Below are positions 37,123 through 48,122 of a stretch of DNA of 64,000 bases, piece after piece. Both the position numbers and the translations under genes were made by a program. Position 1 is the first letter of the stretch. Each line of letters starts with the position of its first letter. Source of the DNA: Ranitomeya imitator (taxonomy: Eukaryota); contig NC_091282.1 in NCBI RefSeq assembly GCF_032444005.1, forward strand, positions 644,428,001 to 644,492,000. The letters run 5' to 3'. A model generated the notes under the pieces. That model was given only the letters and a program-made list of their open reading frames with translations. It was not told where the DNA came from and made no database searches.

Positions 37123-37503
37123 CAACCAAAAAAGAAGCAGAGCCGCACAGATGTGAACCCGGAGTTAGCCGCAGCCCATATGGGGTGAAGAACCTGGCAG
37201 CATCACTGGGGTGCTCGCATTAGAAAAAAACAAAATGAAACAAGCACTGGAACACAGAAAAAATGCGGCAGCACTCATCAGTCCTGGAGTGATCTGAGTC
37301 CTTTATTGAGACATCATTAAAATAACATCTTCACGGCTCGGGGGTGTGCAGATGAAAAGGAGGTGTGCAGGGGATGACAACGGCCGTTTCGCGCTAACGG
37401 CAGCGCTTCCACGGGTCGATAGAAGATGTTATTTTAACAATGTCTCAATAAAGGACTCAGATCACTCCAGGACTGGTGAGTGCTGCCACATTTTTTCTGT
37501 GTT
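37123..37503 (-). mobile_element. Short fold-back insertion with a 13-bp TSD, resembling a Penelope-like pseudo-LTR remnant
   Basis: TSD AAAGTGAGCACAT at 37110-37122 and 37504-37516; ~80-bp inverted arms at ~37252-37331 and 37421-37503; on the minus strand the hammerhead-like motif is followed by AATAAA. Confidence 0.7.
37375..37416 (-). ncRNA. Putative minimal type I hammerhead-like ribozyme motif with a variant core
   Basis: Minus strand: GAC-CCGTGGA-A-GCGC-TGCCGTTA-GCGC-GAAA-CGGCCG-TT-GTC. Stems I and II, GAAA, a palindromic stem III and a GUU site are all in register. The core differs from CUGANGA at two positions. Confidence 0.45.
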
Positions 37504-37911
37504 AAAGTGAGCACATATTGTTCCGGTCGGTATGAGGCCCTACAGAATTCCCTGCGGATATTCCTGCACTGTCCGGAGCTCAAGGTTCGAGACAGGAGCT
37601 TTGGAGAGCACCTCAACCCCTTCCTCAACAGAGGAAGAAGGACGTGGAACCTTGTGTGGAAAAAGTTAGTGACCTCGGTAATGACCCAGAACTGAACGGG
37701 AAATTCCTGGGGCTGACAGGATTAGTGAGCATAGGGATAGTCCAGGAAGAACGGATAGCAGTGCTGGAAACGTGCTGTACTAAGGAAACAAAAACCGGAG
37801 GGTGCTGTGCACAATGCTGCGGGTTATAATCTGATGAACCTGAACTGTCAAGTAAACTGTTGTGTTAAAACTGTCTAGGTGTCCCCTGATATGTGTTTGA
37901 CGGCTCCTTAA

Positions 37912-37995
37912 AGGGAACCTGTCACCCCCAAAATCGATGGTGAGGTAAGCTCACCGTCATCAGGGGCTTATCTACAGCATGCTGTAGATAAGACG
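37912..37995. mobile_element. T2/Kolobok-type MITE end fragment
   Basis: TTAA|AGGGAACCTGTCACCCCCAAAATCG...; a near-identical end occurs at 43487. Confidence 0.55.
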
Positions 37996-37999
37996 CCGA

Positions 38000-39331
38000 T
38001 GTATATAGGAGTACTACGTGTCCTGTGGTATATACCATGTGGGTGCTATATACATATACATACATACATATTGTAGAATACCCGATGCGTTAATATAGGC
38101 CACGCAGTAAATAACACAGCTCACGTAGTATATAACACAGCCCACACAGTATATAGCAGCCACACAGTATATAACACTGGCCACGTAATATATAACACAG
38201 CCCACGTAATATATGGCACAGCCCACATAATATCTAACAGTGGACACGTAGTATATAGCACGCAGTATAGAACACAGCCACGTAGTATATAACACTGCCC
38301 ACGTAGTATATAGCAGCCATGTAATATATAACACCGCCCACACAGTATATAACACTGGCCACGTAATATATAGCACAGCCCATGCAGTATAGAACACAGC
38401 CCACATAGTATATAACACTGCCCACGTAGTATATGGCAGCCATGTAATATATAACACCGCCCACGCATTATATAACACTGGCCACGTAATATATAGCACA
38501 GCCCACGCAGTATAGAACACAGACCACATAGTATCTAACACTGGCCAGGTAGTATATAGCAGCCACGCGGTATCTAACACAGCCCATGTAGTACTTAGCA
38601 GTGTGGGCACCATATCCCTGTTAAAAAAAAAAATTAAAATAAAAAATAGTTATATACTCACCCGGCGGGATCCAGCGTAGATACAGCGTACCTCTGGCGA
38701 TGCACGCGGTTGGCGCTAAGTCTGCATAGGCAGCATCAATAGTAAAAACTTGGTCACACAGGGTTAATAGCAGCGGATACGGAGTGCGTTACCCACGGCA
38801 TAATGGGGTCCGTTACCGCTGGCATTAACCCTGTGTGAGCGGTGACCGGAGGGGAGTATGGAGCGGGCGCCGGGCACTGACTACGGGGAGTATGGAGCAG
38901 GCGCCGGGCACTGACTGCGGGGAGTATGGAGCTGGCGACGGGCACTGACTGCGGGGAGTATGGAGCGGGCGCCGGGCACTGACTGTGGGGAGTATGGAGC
39001 GGGCGCCGGGAACTGACTGCGGGGAGTATGGAGCGGGCGTCGGGCACTGACTGCGGGGAGTATGGAGCGGGCGCCGGGCACTGACTGCAGGGAAGTATGG
39101 AGCGGGCGCCGGGCACTGACTGCAGGGAAGTATGGAGCGGGCGCCGGGCACTGACTGCAGGGGAGGGACTAATCGGACTGTGGCCATTGCTGATTGGTCG
39201 CAGCAGCCATGACAGGCAGCAGGCGAGACCAATCAGCGTCTTAGATTTCCATCACAGACAGAGGCCGCGACCAATGAATATCCGGGACAGACAGACAGAC
39301 GGAATTGACCCATAGACAATTATATAGTAGA
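38000..39331 (-). mobile_element. Probable non-autonomous Helitron-like element with internal minisatellites (~38100-38590; 34-bp unit at ~38850-39165)
   Basis: Minus-strand start A|TCTACTATATAATTGTCTATGGG fits a Helitron-like A|TC 5' end; period 34 (39001 to 39035); a 3' CTAG end was not confirmed. Confidence 0.45.
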
Positions 39332-39773
39332 TGCGCTTTTCTAATAGACTTTCTAACATGGAATCAGATCAATCCCACTGCAGGAAACGTCTGCCCCTCG
39401 TGACGTTATCCTTACAGCTCCAGTACAGGATGGTAGCAGTAGACAATGACCATGAAGTGTGAGCGGCACCCGAGGAAAACACCGGAGAGATGCCATGATT
39501 TGCTGACAAGACAGCAGCTCCGTGGTTTTATCAGTGAGCAGGATCTGGCTCATGGGTTTTCATATTACCTCACGTTTTTGGACATTACTACTTAGCTCTT
39601 CCCATGAGTTTTTTAAGCTTTTTTTTTTTTATTTTTTTTTTAGCTGTAGGTAATTTTTTTTAAGTGCAGGATCTTTCTTTGAAGCAGATCCTAAAGGAAA
39701 CATCTCCAAACAAAAAAAAAATAAAACACTTTTTTTTTGTTATAACCAAAACATCTATAAGCAGGAACTGTAA

Positions 39774-40129
39774 GGCTATGTACACATGTTGCAGATGTGC
39801 CTGTGGAATTTTCTGTGCGGATTCTGCATCTCTTGGCAGAAAACGCAGGTAAAAATCTGCACGTTTTTTATGCGGATTTTGTGCGGTTTTCCTGCGGATT
39901 TCATGCGTTTTTACCCCTGCGTTTTCCTATTATGGAATGGGTGCAGAAACGCTGCAGAAACACACCAAGAATTGACATGCTCCTTTTTTTAATTCCATGC
40001 GGAATTTTCAGCACCATCTGCACAGCTTTTTTTTCCCCATAGATTTACATTGTACTGTAAATCACATGCGGTTCTGCAGCGTTTCTGAGTGGAAAAAACG
40101 CAGGAAATCCGCAACGTGTGAACATAGCC
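39774..40129. mobile_element. PIF/Harbinger-type MITE
   Basis: TIR GGCTATGTACACATGTTGC ... GCAACGTGTGAACATAGCC with a perfect TAA TSD (39771-39773, 40130-40132). Confidence 0.88.
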
Positions 40130-40802
40130 TAATGTGTAAGCAGGCTTGGACTGGCCCACAGGAAAACGGGAGAATCCTCTGGTGGGCCGCCACCCTCTGA
40201 CATGATCAGTACTTGGCACCATATGATTAAATCACTACAGATGGTATCTTTTTCATGTGACAATCTACCCCGCTCATTGTTATATAAATCTGTGACCGAG
40301 GATAATGTCACATTTCATGTAGCTGAAAAGTGGGGCCCTGGCGTTAGTTCCTGAGGGGCCCCTGGCTCTCCAGTCAGACACTGGGCGTAATATTGATTTT
40401 GATGAAATATGGCTCATGTTTATGTAAATTTGAGGTTTTCACCTCTTGTTCTTCCTCATTTTCATGAGCAGTGATAATTTGTCACTTCGATTGTACCACG
40501 TTCTCCATCATTGGCGAGTTTGGTCCTGCACACAAGTCTCGGCCTCCCAGAGAGCACACGCTGGCTGCCGGTGCAGGACACAGTAGGTTGGGAGTTCGGC
40601 TTTGGATGCGGCAGGGATGGGATTTTTTTTAATTTTATTTTGCTCATTTTGTAAGTTGTGAAAAAAGACCAACTCTGCATGGCGCAGCTCTGCTTTATGC
40701 TGGGAGGGTTTTTGTTTCCAGTTGCTCAACCTGGGAAGTGATCTGTGTCCACACGTGAGGAAAAGGAAAATCTCCATACTCCAAATCTGCTTCTCAAACT
40801 GC

Positions 40803-40820
40803 CTACTGCCCCCTGGTGGA
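40803..40820 (-). promoter_or_regulatory. Near-consensus CTCF motif
   Basis: The minus strand reads TCCACCAGGGGGCAGTAG. Confidence 0.55.
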
Positions 40821-41689
40821 TTGTGACGGGATAACAAGGGCTGCCTCACTACTGCCCCCATATACTACCAGGTGTAACATGAGATGTACCCCAGTATCAG
40901 TACCAACCCTCACTCCTTGTTCCAAAGATATAAGACAATGGAAGAACCACAAACAAAAACCTTCAGTCATTTTATTGGATTTTTTTGTCATAGCCAAAGT
41001 TCCTACCACCTAGATGGCTGAAGAAAAATGTCTATAATTGGGATTATATACCCATCACTAGGGGACTTAAAGAGGTCCAGGGGGTATTCCCTGACTGTAA
41101 ACCAGAGCAGGTGGGCGCATAGTGAAGGGGCATTTACACTGCAAGATAATCGTGATTGTTAAAACCGCTGCCAACGAATGACCAAAATGCAGCGTAAAAA
41201 AAAACCAAAAGAAAACCCATCGTTCCTGGTGTTTCAACGTCCCGTGTAAACAGGTTTCGTGCTGCAGAGACCATGGCCGCCTGTGTGCACTGAGCGATCA
41301 GGTATACAGCGATCAGTGCACATCGTTTGCTTTGGTCTGTTTGTGTAAACAGGCTTTCAGTCCCTGGCCTAGTGGTAAAAGTTTATCGATTGGTGGTCGT
41401 ATGTTTAAGCAGCATATGGGATGTGACTTTCTATAATACATAGGGAGGGGGATGGGAAAGGAGAGTGGATACACCTGTTTGTGTGTGAAATGGATTTTCT
41501 CACATACACCTGCTGCCTCACCGGATTTCACCCCTCTGTTTTCTATACTACTGGGGACTTTAAATGATGTGTAGAACAGCGGTGGGACAATGACAGCCTT
41601 CACGTAGACTGGCGGCCACATTATTGGAAACACCTCTTTCGCTTCCTTGTGTCGTAATCCCACATTAGAGCGCAGCCTGACCTCACGCC

Positions 41690-41870
41690 ATCGACTACGG
41701 GACTTCGAGAAAGGCTTTGTCATTGGCTCTAGTCTAGGCCAGGGTCCGTATTGCAGAAACTGCCAACGTTGTGGGGTTTTATTATGTAACAGTGTGTAGT
41801 ATACGGAGGATGGTGCGACCGAGGGAAAATATCCTGCAGAAGAGGAGCCCGTGGGCTGAATTCCTCTACA
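41690..41870 (+). mobile_element. Old Tc1-family transposase N-terminal (paired-type HTH) remnant
   Basis: LRDFEKGFVIG... resembles the Tc1 LSDFERGMIVG motif; degraded downstream. Confidence 0.5.
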
Positions 41871-41909
41871 AAAGCAGCACAAGAAGGAGCCAAGAATTTG
41901 TTGGGGAGC

Positions 41910-42935
41910 ACCAAGCGTCACAGCAACGATAGCAAGGTGGTGCAGAGCGTCACTGCAAGGTGATGGGGCGGAGAGCATCACAGCAATGATAGCAAGGTGA
42001 CAGGGTGCACAGAGCGTCACAGCAACAATAGCAAGGTGACAGGGCGTGCAGAGTCACAGCAACGATTGCAAGGTGGCAGGGGGTGCAGAGCGTCACTGCA
42101 AGGTGACGGGGCGGAGAGCATCAAAGCAATGATAGCAAGGTGACAGGGCATGCAGAGCATCACAGCAATGATAGCAAGGTGACAGGGTGCACAGAGCGTC
42201 ACAGCAACAATAGCAAGGTGACAGGGCGTGCAGAGTCACAGCAACGATTGCAAGGTGGCAGGGGGTGCAGAGCGTCACTGCAAGGTGACGGGGCGGAGAG
42301 CATCAAAGCAATGATAGCAAGGTGACAGGGCATGCAGAGCGTCACAGCAAAGATAGCAAGGTGACAGGGTGCGCAGAGCGTCAGGAGCAACGATAGCAAG
42401 GTGATGGTGCGCAGAGCGTCACAGCAACAATAGCAAGGTGATGGTGCGCAGAGCGTCACAGCAACAATAGCAAGGTGGCAGGGGTGCAGAGCGTCACAGC
42501 AAAGATAGCAAGGTGACAGGGTGCGCAGAGCGTCACAGCAACGATAGCAAGGTGATGGTGCGCAGAGCGTCACAGCAACAATAGCAAGGTGATGGTGCGC
42601 AGAGCGTCACAGCAACAATAGCAAGGTGGCAGGGGTGCAGAGCGTCACAGCAAAGATAGCAAGGTGACAGGGTGCGCAGAGCGTCACAGCAACGATAGCA
42701 AGGTGATGGTGCGCAGAGCGTCACAGCAACAATAGCAAGGTGATGGTGCGCAGAGCGTCACAGCAACAATAGCAAGGTGGCAGGGCTGCAGATCATCACA
42801 GCAACGATAGCAAGGTCACAGGGCATCATAGGAGCGAAAGCAAGGTGACAGGGTATGCAGAGCATCACAGCAACTAAAGCAAGGTGACAGGGTGTGCAGA
42901 GCATCACCAGAAAGGTGTCTGTGCATGCAGAGCAT
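41910..42935. repeat. 37-39 bp minisatellite (AGCAAGGTGACAGGGTGCGCAGAGCGTCACAGCAACGAT)
   Basis: Periods 37 (42421 to 42458) and 39 (42491 to 42530); related to the 35370 array. Confidence 0.92.
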
Positions 42936-42994
42936 TGCAGCCATGATACAAAGGTGTTGGTGCATCTCGGCAACAATAGGTGTCAGGATACTAG

Positions 42995-43715
42995 AACATA
43001 TGTATCTGGTGCCACCCATTGGAGGACAACTGTATCTCACACAACCTATAGGTGGTGCTAGAGAAAAAGTTTTTGATCTCTTCTAGAACGAAGACATCCT
43101 AGGACTGAAAATACAATTGGATGTGGATAAGGAGGAGGTTCAGAAATCTGGCCCCCCCCATTGGTTAATATATACCATCCTATTGTGCAGCCAGGTGTTG
43201 TATCAATAAGCATTTTGGAAAATATGAAAAACTATTTATAAGTCAAGGTTGGACAGTCCTTCATTTAGTGCTTAGTTTTTTCCCCTTAATGCTCATATTA
43301 GAGTGTTTAATTATGTAGCAAAACCTTGTAAATTTTGTCCATAAAGTACTTGTACCATTGACCACAGTATAAATATATTACGGGGAGGTTGAGACAAGTT
43401 AACATTTTTTATTTTTTTACTTGAATGCAATGTCCAGTAGAAGTCATAGTTGCCATTGGATTATAAGTAAAGATTCAGGATTTAAAAGGGAACCTGTCAC
43501 CCCCAAAATCGAAGATGAGCTAAGGCCACCAGCATCAGGGGCTTATCTACAGCATTCTGTAATGCATTCTGTAATGCTGTAGATAAGCCCCCGATGTATC
43601 CTGAAAGATGAGAAAAAGAGCTTATATTATACTCACCCAGGGGCAATGTATTTCAACTAGTGAAAACTGCCTGCAGATTTACAGGTTTTATTCTGAAAAT
43701 ATTTGCAATACAGAG
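42995..43715. repeat. Local duplicated block, copy 2 (interrupted by a T2-MITE fragment at ~43487-43650)
   Basis: Anchors at 43004, 43074 and 43431 match copy 1. Confidence 0.7.
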
Positions 43716-43939
43716 TCGACGTCACGATAAAGAGGTGTCATGGTGCACAGAATGTGGCCAGAAAGGTGTCAGGAGGAGCATCACAGCAATGATAGGAAGA
43801 TGTCAGGGCGCGGAGAGCATTGCAGCTACGCAAGAAAAGTGTTGGGGATTGGAAAGCAAGGAGGCAAGGAAGAAAAATAAAAAAAAGGTGTCGGGGGTGA
43901 GCAGAGCATCACAGCCACAATAGGTGTCAGGACAAATGT

Positions 43940-45070
43940 AATGCATCTGGCACCACCCATAGGTGGCAAAACTCTCTCCCACAACCTTTTTGATCTCCAA
44001 TAGGAGAACCAGGAGCCCTAGAGCTGAAGAAAGAATAGGAGGTGGATAAAGGCAAAGTTAGGAGATCTGGCCCCCATCGTTTAATATGTACCATCCCAAT
44101 GTAGTTGCAGTCATGTGTTTTATCATTAAGTATTTTCGAAAATGTGGAAAACTATTTCTAAGTGAAAACTGGCTATTTAGTGCTTTTTTTCCCCTTCAAT
44201 ACTCGCATTAGAATAGTCAATTAAGTAGAAAGACCTTGGAAATTTTATCCAGAGTGCTTCTACAAGTGACCGCAGTGAAAATATAGAACAGGGAGGTTTT
44301 GAGGACATTTTCGTTTCCCTTTATGTCCAGTAGATGTCACTGTGTCCATTGCTTTATAAACAGATCTAACCTGGCTTCCTAACCAATGACATCTGCTGGT
44401 GGAATGTGGGTATTGCACAGTGAAAACTGCATGCAGATCTTCAGGTTTTATTCTGTAAGTATTTCCAAAACAAGGTATCACTGCCACACCAGCAAGGTGT
44501 CAGGACATGCGGAGTGTCGCGGCTATGATAGGTGTCAGGACACAGCTACGATAGAGGGGTGCGAGGACACGCAGAGCATCACTGCCACGCCAGAAAGGGG
44601 TCAAGACAATTTGGTGTGTAGCCACAGACCAGTGACTGCCTCCATCATGTGCCCGGCCAGTGCACAACCATCACTCACCTGAGGCAGAGATGGCACCATG
44701 GTGCAGTACGGGCAGACGATTAGCCGTGATGGAGAATGTCCAGCTGGGAAACCTGTCCTGGTGTAATGCACCTCCCCTTACCACACTACACCTGCCCAGG
44801 GGCAGTGTGTGGCTTCCGCTGCACACTGGTACCTGTAGTTCGCTGCCCCTCCATTGTTCCTACCTGGTTATGCCCGGAGGCCATTCCTGTTCTCCTGCGC
44901 TCACATGGCTCATTAGGTACAGCGCAGGGCACGGTCGCCACGCCTCAGCTCCACCCGCAGTCATTGCTTTATGTTCTGGCTGCCAGCACGTGTAGAGGCA
45001 GCACCACAGAAACAAGGCGCCGTATACTAGCACGTAACCACCGGGGCGGCCACTGTCTCCTAAGTCCAAG
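43940..45070. repeat. Local duplicated block, copy 3, extending into sequence paralogous to 36080-36210
   Basis: Anchors at 43945, 43990 and 44324; CTCACATGGCTCA...CCTCAGCTCCACCC...TCATTGC...CAGCACGT shared with 36080-36210. Confidence 0.7.
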
Positions 45071-46636
45071 ACGAAGACAGTCATAATCCACCATCTCATG
45101 CTCCAGAATGGCAAGGTCTCTGCTTGCTGCAATTTAACATCCTGAAGCTGGAGACTGACAGTTTGGTACAGTGTGCCAGTCCCAGTAGAAATAAAACACA
45201 GACACAATTTACATACAAAACTTAGTTTAATGTTAAAAAATAATAAAACAAAAAACAAACAAAAAAAACCCAAAACAAAACAGCGTGATCTTTGTCTCCA
45301 GTCCTCGCCATGTGGAGAGACTGGGCATTATGCCCCTAAAACACTCAGTGCTGCTGTGAGACCCCCCTCCTCCTATACTACAGCCCTGTCCCCATTAAAA
45401 TCACCCCATAAATGTACCGCTGCCTCTCACAGGGCAGGCGAACACTTCCCTCCTGAAATACTCTGTACTGCTGTGGCGGAGGCGATATTACCAGGCTGCC
45501 TCCGCGGTGCATAGTACATAGCTGGAATTCTGCATAGACCGTCTTAGTGCATAGAGGTACTCGCTCCCCCCATGAAAATAAATACTTGTGCAATCATGTT
45601 TGCTGCTTTGTGTCAGAGGCAAAGCTGTGGGAGTTTCTCCGGTTTCTTACAGTGTCACCGAATAGGAGCGGGGGATAATACTCATTCACAGACGTTGGCA
45701 CTGTGCGGAGAGAGGCGAGTGGCTACCGTCACATGGCGCCACCACCACTCAGGGCCACGCTAGTTGTCAGATTTTTACTGGAGGATCCCTTTAAGGTTAC
45801 GGATTACTCTCCACATTTGGGCTTGCAGTGTCAGAGCCAAAAACAATCGTTATTTCTCCCCTTTTTAGAATTTTTGTCCTTGAATGCATTTAAAGGGGCA
45901 GGCCTCTAGTTATTAAAGGGATGTCACAATAGGGTTGTGGGTCCAGTAGGTGGTGCCAAGTCCACAAAGTGCTCAGGTTGCCCCCTTACTTTGGTTTTGT
46001 CCGACTGATCTAGCATTCATGATGAAATATTGCACATGCGCCACAGACTACAAGGATAGCACATGTGCAGAAGACTCCAAACTCCGCCCAACACCATTTT
46101 CTAGGGGAACAGCCAAAGGATGTGAGCGAAGGCAGATAGACCTGCGCATGTGACATGACAAAAAAAAAAAAATCCCATGGGGCATGTGGAGCAACACTAG
46201 AGGGGCCAATCAAAGCCAAGACAGGTAGGCTTGTGCCCGCCCATGAGGAGCAGTCAGTGTCCTTTTCAGGGAGTGTGTATATATACGCATGATCCCAGAG
46301 GCTAGGACAACTTTTTGAACATGCGCCTCTCACGCACAGTGGGGCAGATGTAGCAGACCCACATCCTCGGATTCTTTGTAAAAATTTTGGACCCATCTTA
46401 CATGAGGGTGTGGAAATATTGCTGTTTGCCTGAAATACGCCTTTCATCAGTCTTTGGATCCAGCTCTCCATCATGATGAATAAAATTCCTCAAAAGTTAA
46501 ATTAAGAAAAAACACGACACATCCGACTCCCCCCTCCATCTTGAAGCATGGTGGTGGTTGGGGGTCATTCATTAGACCCAAGACCAGGTGGTTTGGATCA
46601 CATAGGCGAAGAGCGTTCTTGTAGACCTTACGGGGT

Positions 46637-47158
46637 CTAAGTATTCTCTCCATCAGGTCTACGAGCGGGAAGTAGTGGGAGGGAATGAGAATGGGGCTTG
46701 GAAGCGTCCAGACTCTGTGTGCCGCCATGTTGGGCGAGGGCCGGAGCACTTTGGCAGCGGACTGAAAGCTCTTCTGGGTTCTCTTGGAGGCTGGCAAGAG
46801 GAGAGATGGGTTTTTCTACCTCAGCTACAGTGATTGGATGAACCGGCGACAATGGCTGACTGTTCTGGACAAAGAAAATGACGCCACAACCGGGGGCGTT
46901 GGGTCCGAACAAGTCCTGGCCCAGGGTGCGGTTGAGATGATGCAGGTCGGCCTGGCTGAGCGGAGGATTACAGATGGGAGCGGTGTGCATCCACGTCATG
47001 TTCATATTGGGCCACTGAGCCAAGACCTGAGCCCTTTCCCTACAGCAGGCGCAGTCGGAGTGCAGCGGGGCCGGAGCGGCATGGTCGGGGGGACTCGGCA
47101 TGGACTCTCTGCTGGACCTCAGGACCCTGCTCTTCTCTGGAGAGGAGTTGTCTGGTGG
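46637..47158 (-). CDS. CIART: CIART (CHRONO) last coding exon
   Basis: Acceptor TGTGCAG|CCA; contains LAQWPNMNMTWMHTAPICNPPLS and GCGVIFFVQ, matching human LTQWPAMNLTWIHTTPICNPPLS / GIGVILFLQ as recalled; stop at 46637-46639. Confidence 0.92.
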   Translation of the reverse strand, partial: PPDNSSPEKSRVLRSSRESMPSPPDHAAPAPLHSDCACCRERAQVLAQWPNMNMTWMHTAPICNPPLSQADLHHLNRTLGQDLFGPNAPGCGVIFFVQNSQPLSPVHPITVAEVEKPISPLASLQENPEELSVRCQSAPALAQHGGTQSLDASKPHSHSLPLLPARRPDGENT

Positions 47159-47234
47159 CTGCACAGGAGAGGAGGAAATGCAATTAGAGGGAGATCAGGA
47201 GTGAGCAGCAGCCGGCGGTGGGAGCGCAAATTAC

Positions 47235-47373
47235 CTTGGACATTTTATATCGGGGTTCTTCCATATCATAGTCTGAGGATGATGACGAAAAAGAGGAATG
47301 GGAGCTGGCGACATCAGGGAACCAAACCTTCAACATCATCTCCACCTGCAGAAGAGTCCCCAGGTACCGCTCA
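47235..47373 (-). CDS. CIART: CIART coding exon 4
   Basis: CTCACAG|T GAG...; ERYLGTLLQVEMMLKVWFPDV...MSK|GTAATT; 139 bp. Confidence 0.95.
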
Positions 47374-47586
47374 CTGTGAGGAAACATGGAGGGAAAGTCA
47401 GAGCCACGGAGGAATGGGAGCATGGAGGAGAGTAGGTGGGGCGCACACAGTGTAGGGGCTATATAACTGGGCGCATACAGTATAGGGGCTATATAACAGG
47501 GTGTATACAGTGTAGAGGAGACGAGTAATATATAATGCGTATAGGTGACATCAGGAGATGTAGTACAGGCGGCTACTACTACTCAC

Positions 47587-47665
47587 CCAAACTCCGGCTT
47601 CTGAAGGACGCCCACGATCCTCTGTATACGGTCCATGGCGACGCTCTGCTGGAAGCTGCTTAATC
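47587..47665 (-). CDS. CIART: CIART coding exon 3
   Basis: CCCCAG|GA; GLSSFQQSVAMDRIQRIVGVLQKPEFG, the hallmark CIART motif; donor GG|GTGAGT; 79 bp. Confidence 0.97.
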
Positions 47666-47841
47666 CTGGGGAGAGAAGTGATTGAGGATGAGACACGGCC
47701 GCAGTCAGAGCCGCCAGGACGGCACTGGAGAATATCCGGGTGAATAATAGGCATCTACCTGGCTTCACTCTCTGCCATTAGTGGCACTGGGGTTTGAGGG
47801 TCCATCAGCATGCTCGCTAATACCCCCAGGTAGACAACTTA

Positions 47842-48122
47842 GGCTGGTTTCACACTTGATTTTGACAGAGCTGCGGAGGGCTGCGTAGTTCCTCTGTTAA
47901 GCTCCGCCCACTGATGCACCTCTTCCATTAAGCTCCACCTACGTCGGCATGCGTCCTGCGTACCCATCTTTAACATTGGGTACACAGGCCACGCGAATGT
48001 ATGCGGATGCACCGACCGCAACAAAATGCAACATGTTGCGTTCGGCGCACCATCAAAACGACGCATGCGGAGGAACTACTCAGCCCTCCACAGCTTTGCC
48101 CAACGCATGCGTGAAACCAGCC
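47842..48122. mobile_element. PIF/Harbinger-type MITE in a CIART intron
   Basis: TIR GGCTGGTTTCACAC ... GCGTGAAACCAGCC; flanks TTA / GTA. Confidence 0.75.

Noticed and set aside
37274-37281. CTGATGAG on the minus strand as a second hammerhead core
   Set aside because: No stem II or GAAA follows, and the mirror arm reads CTGGTGAG, so it is probably a point variant of a GTGAGT donor-like motif.
41313-42020. 235-aa minus-strand ORF
   Set aside because: It starts in a minisatellite and runs antisense through a Tc1 remnant; no family is recognisable.
44860-45273. 137-aa hydrophobic minus-strand ORF as a membrane protein
   Set aside because: The N-terminal half comes from a T-rich low-complexity tract, and the paralogous segment at 36.1 kb does not preserve this frame.
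35000-46600. MEX3A or MRPS21 exons expected from human synteny
   Set aside because: No KH, RING or MRPS21-like peptide was found by eye on either strand. A tBLASTn is needed to exclude short exons.
46784-47455. 223-aa plus-strand ORF
   Set aside because: It is the antisense shadow of CIART exons 4-5 and has no recognisable motif.
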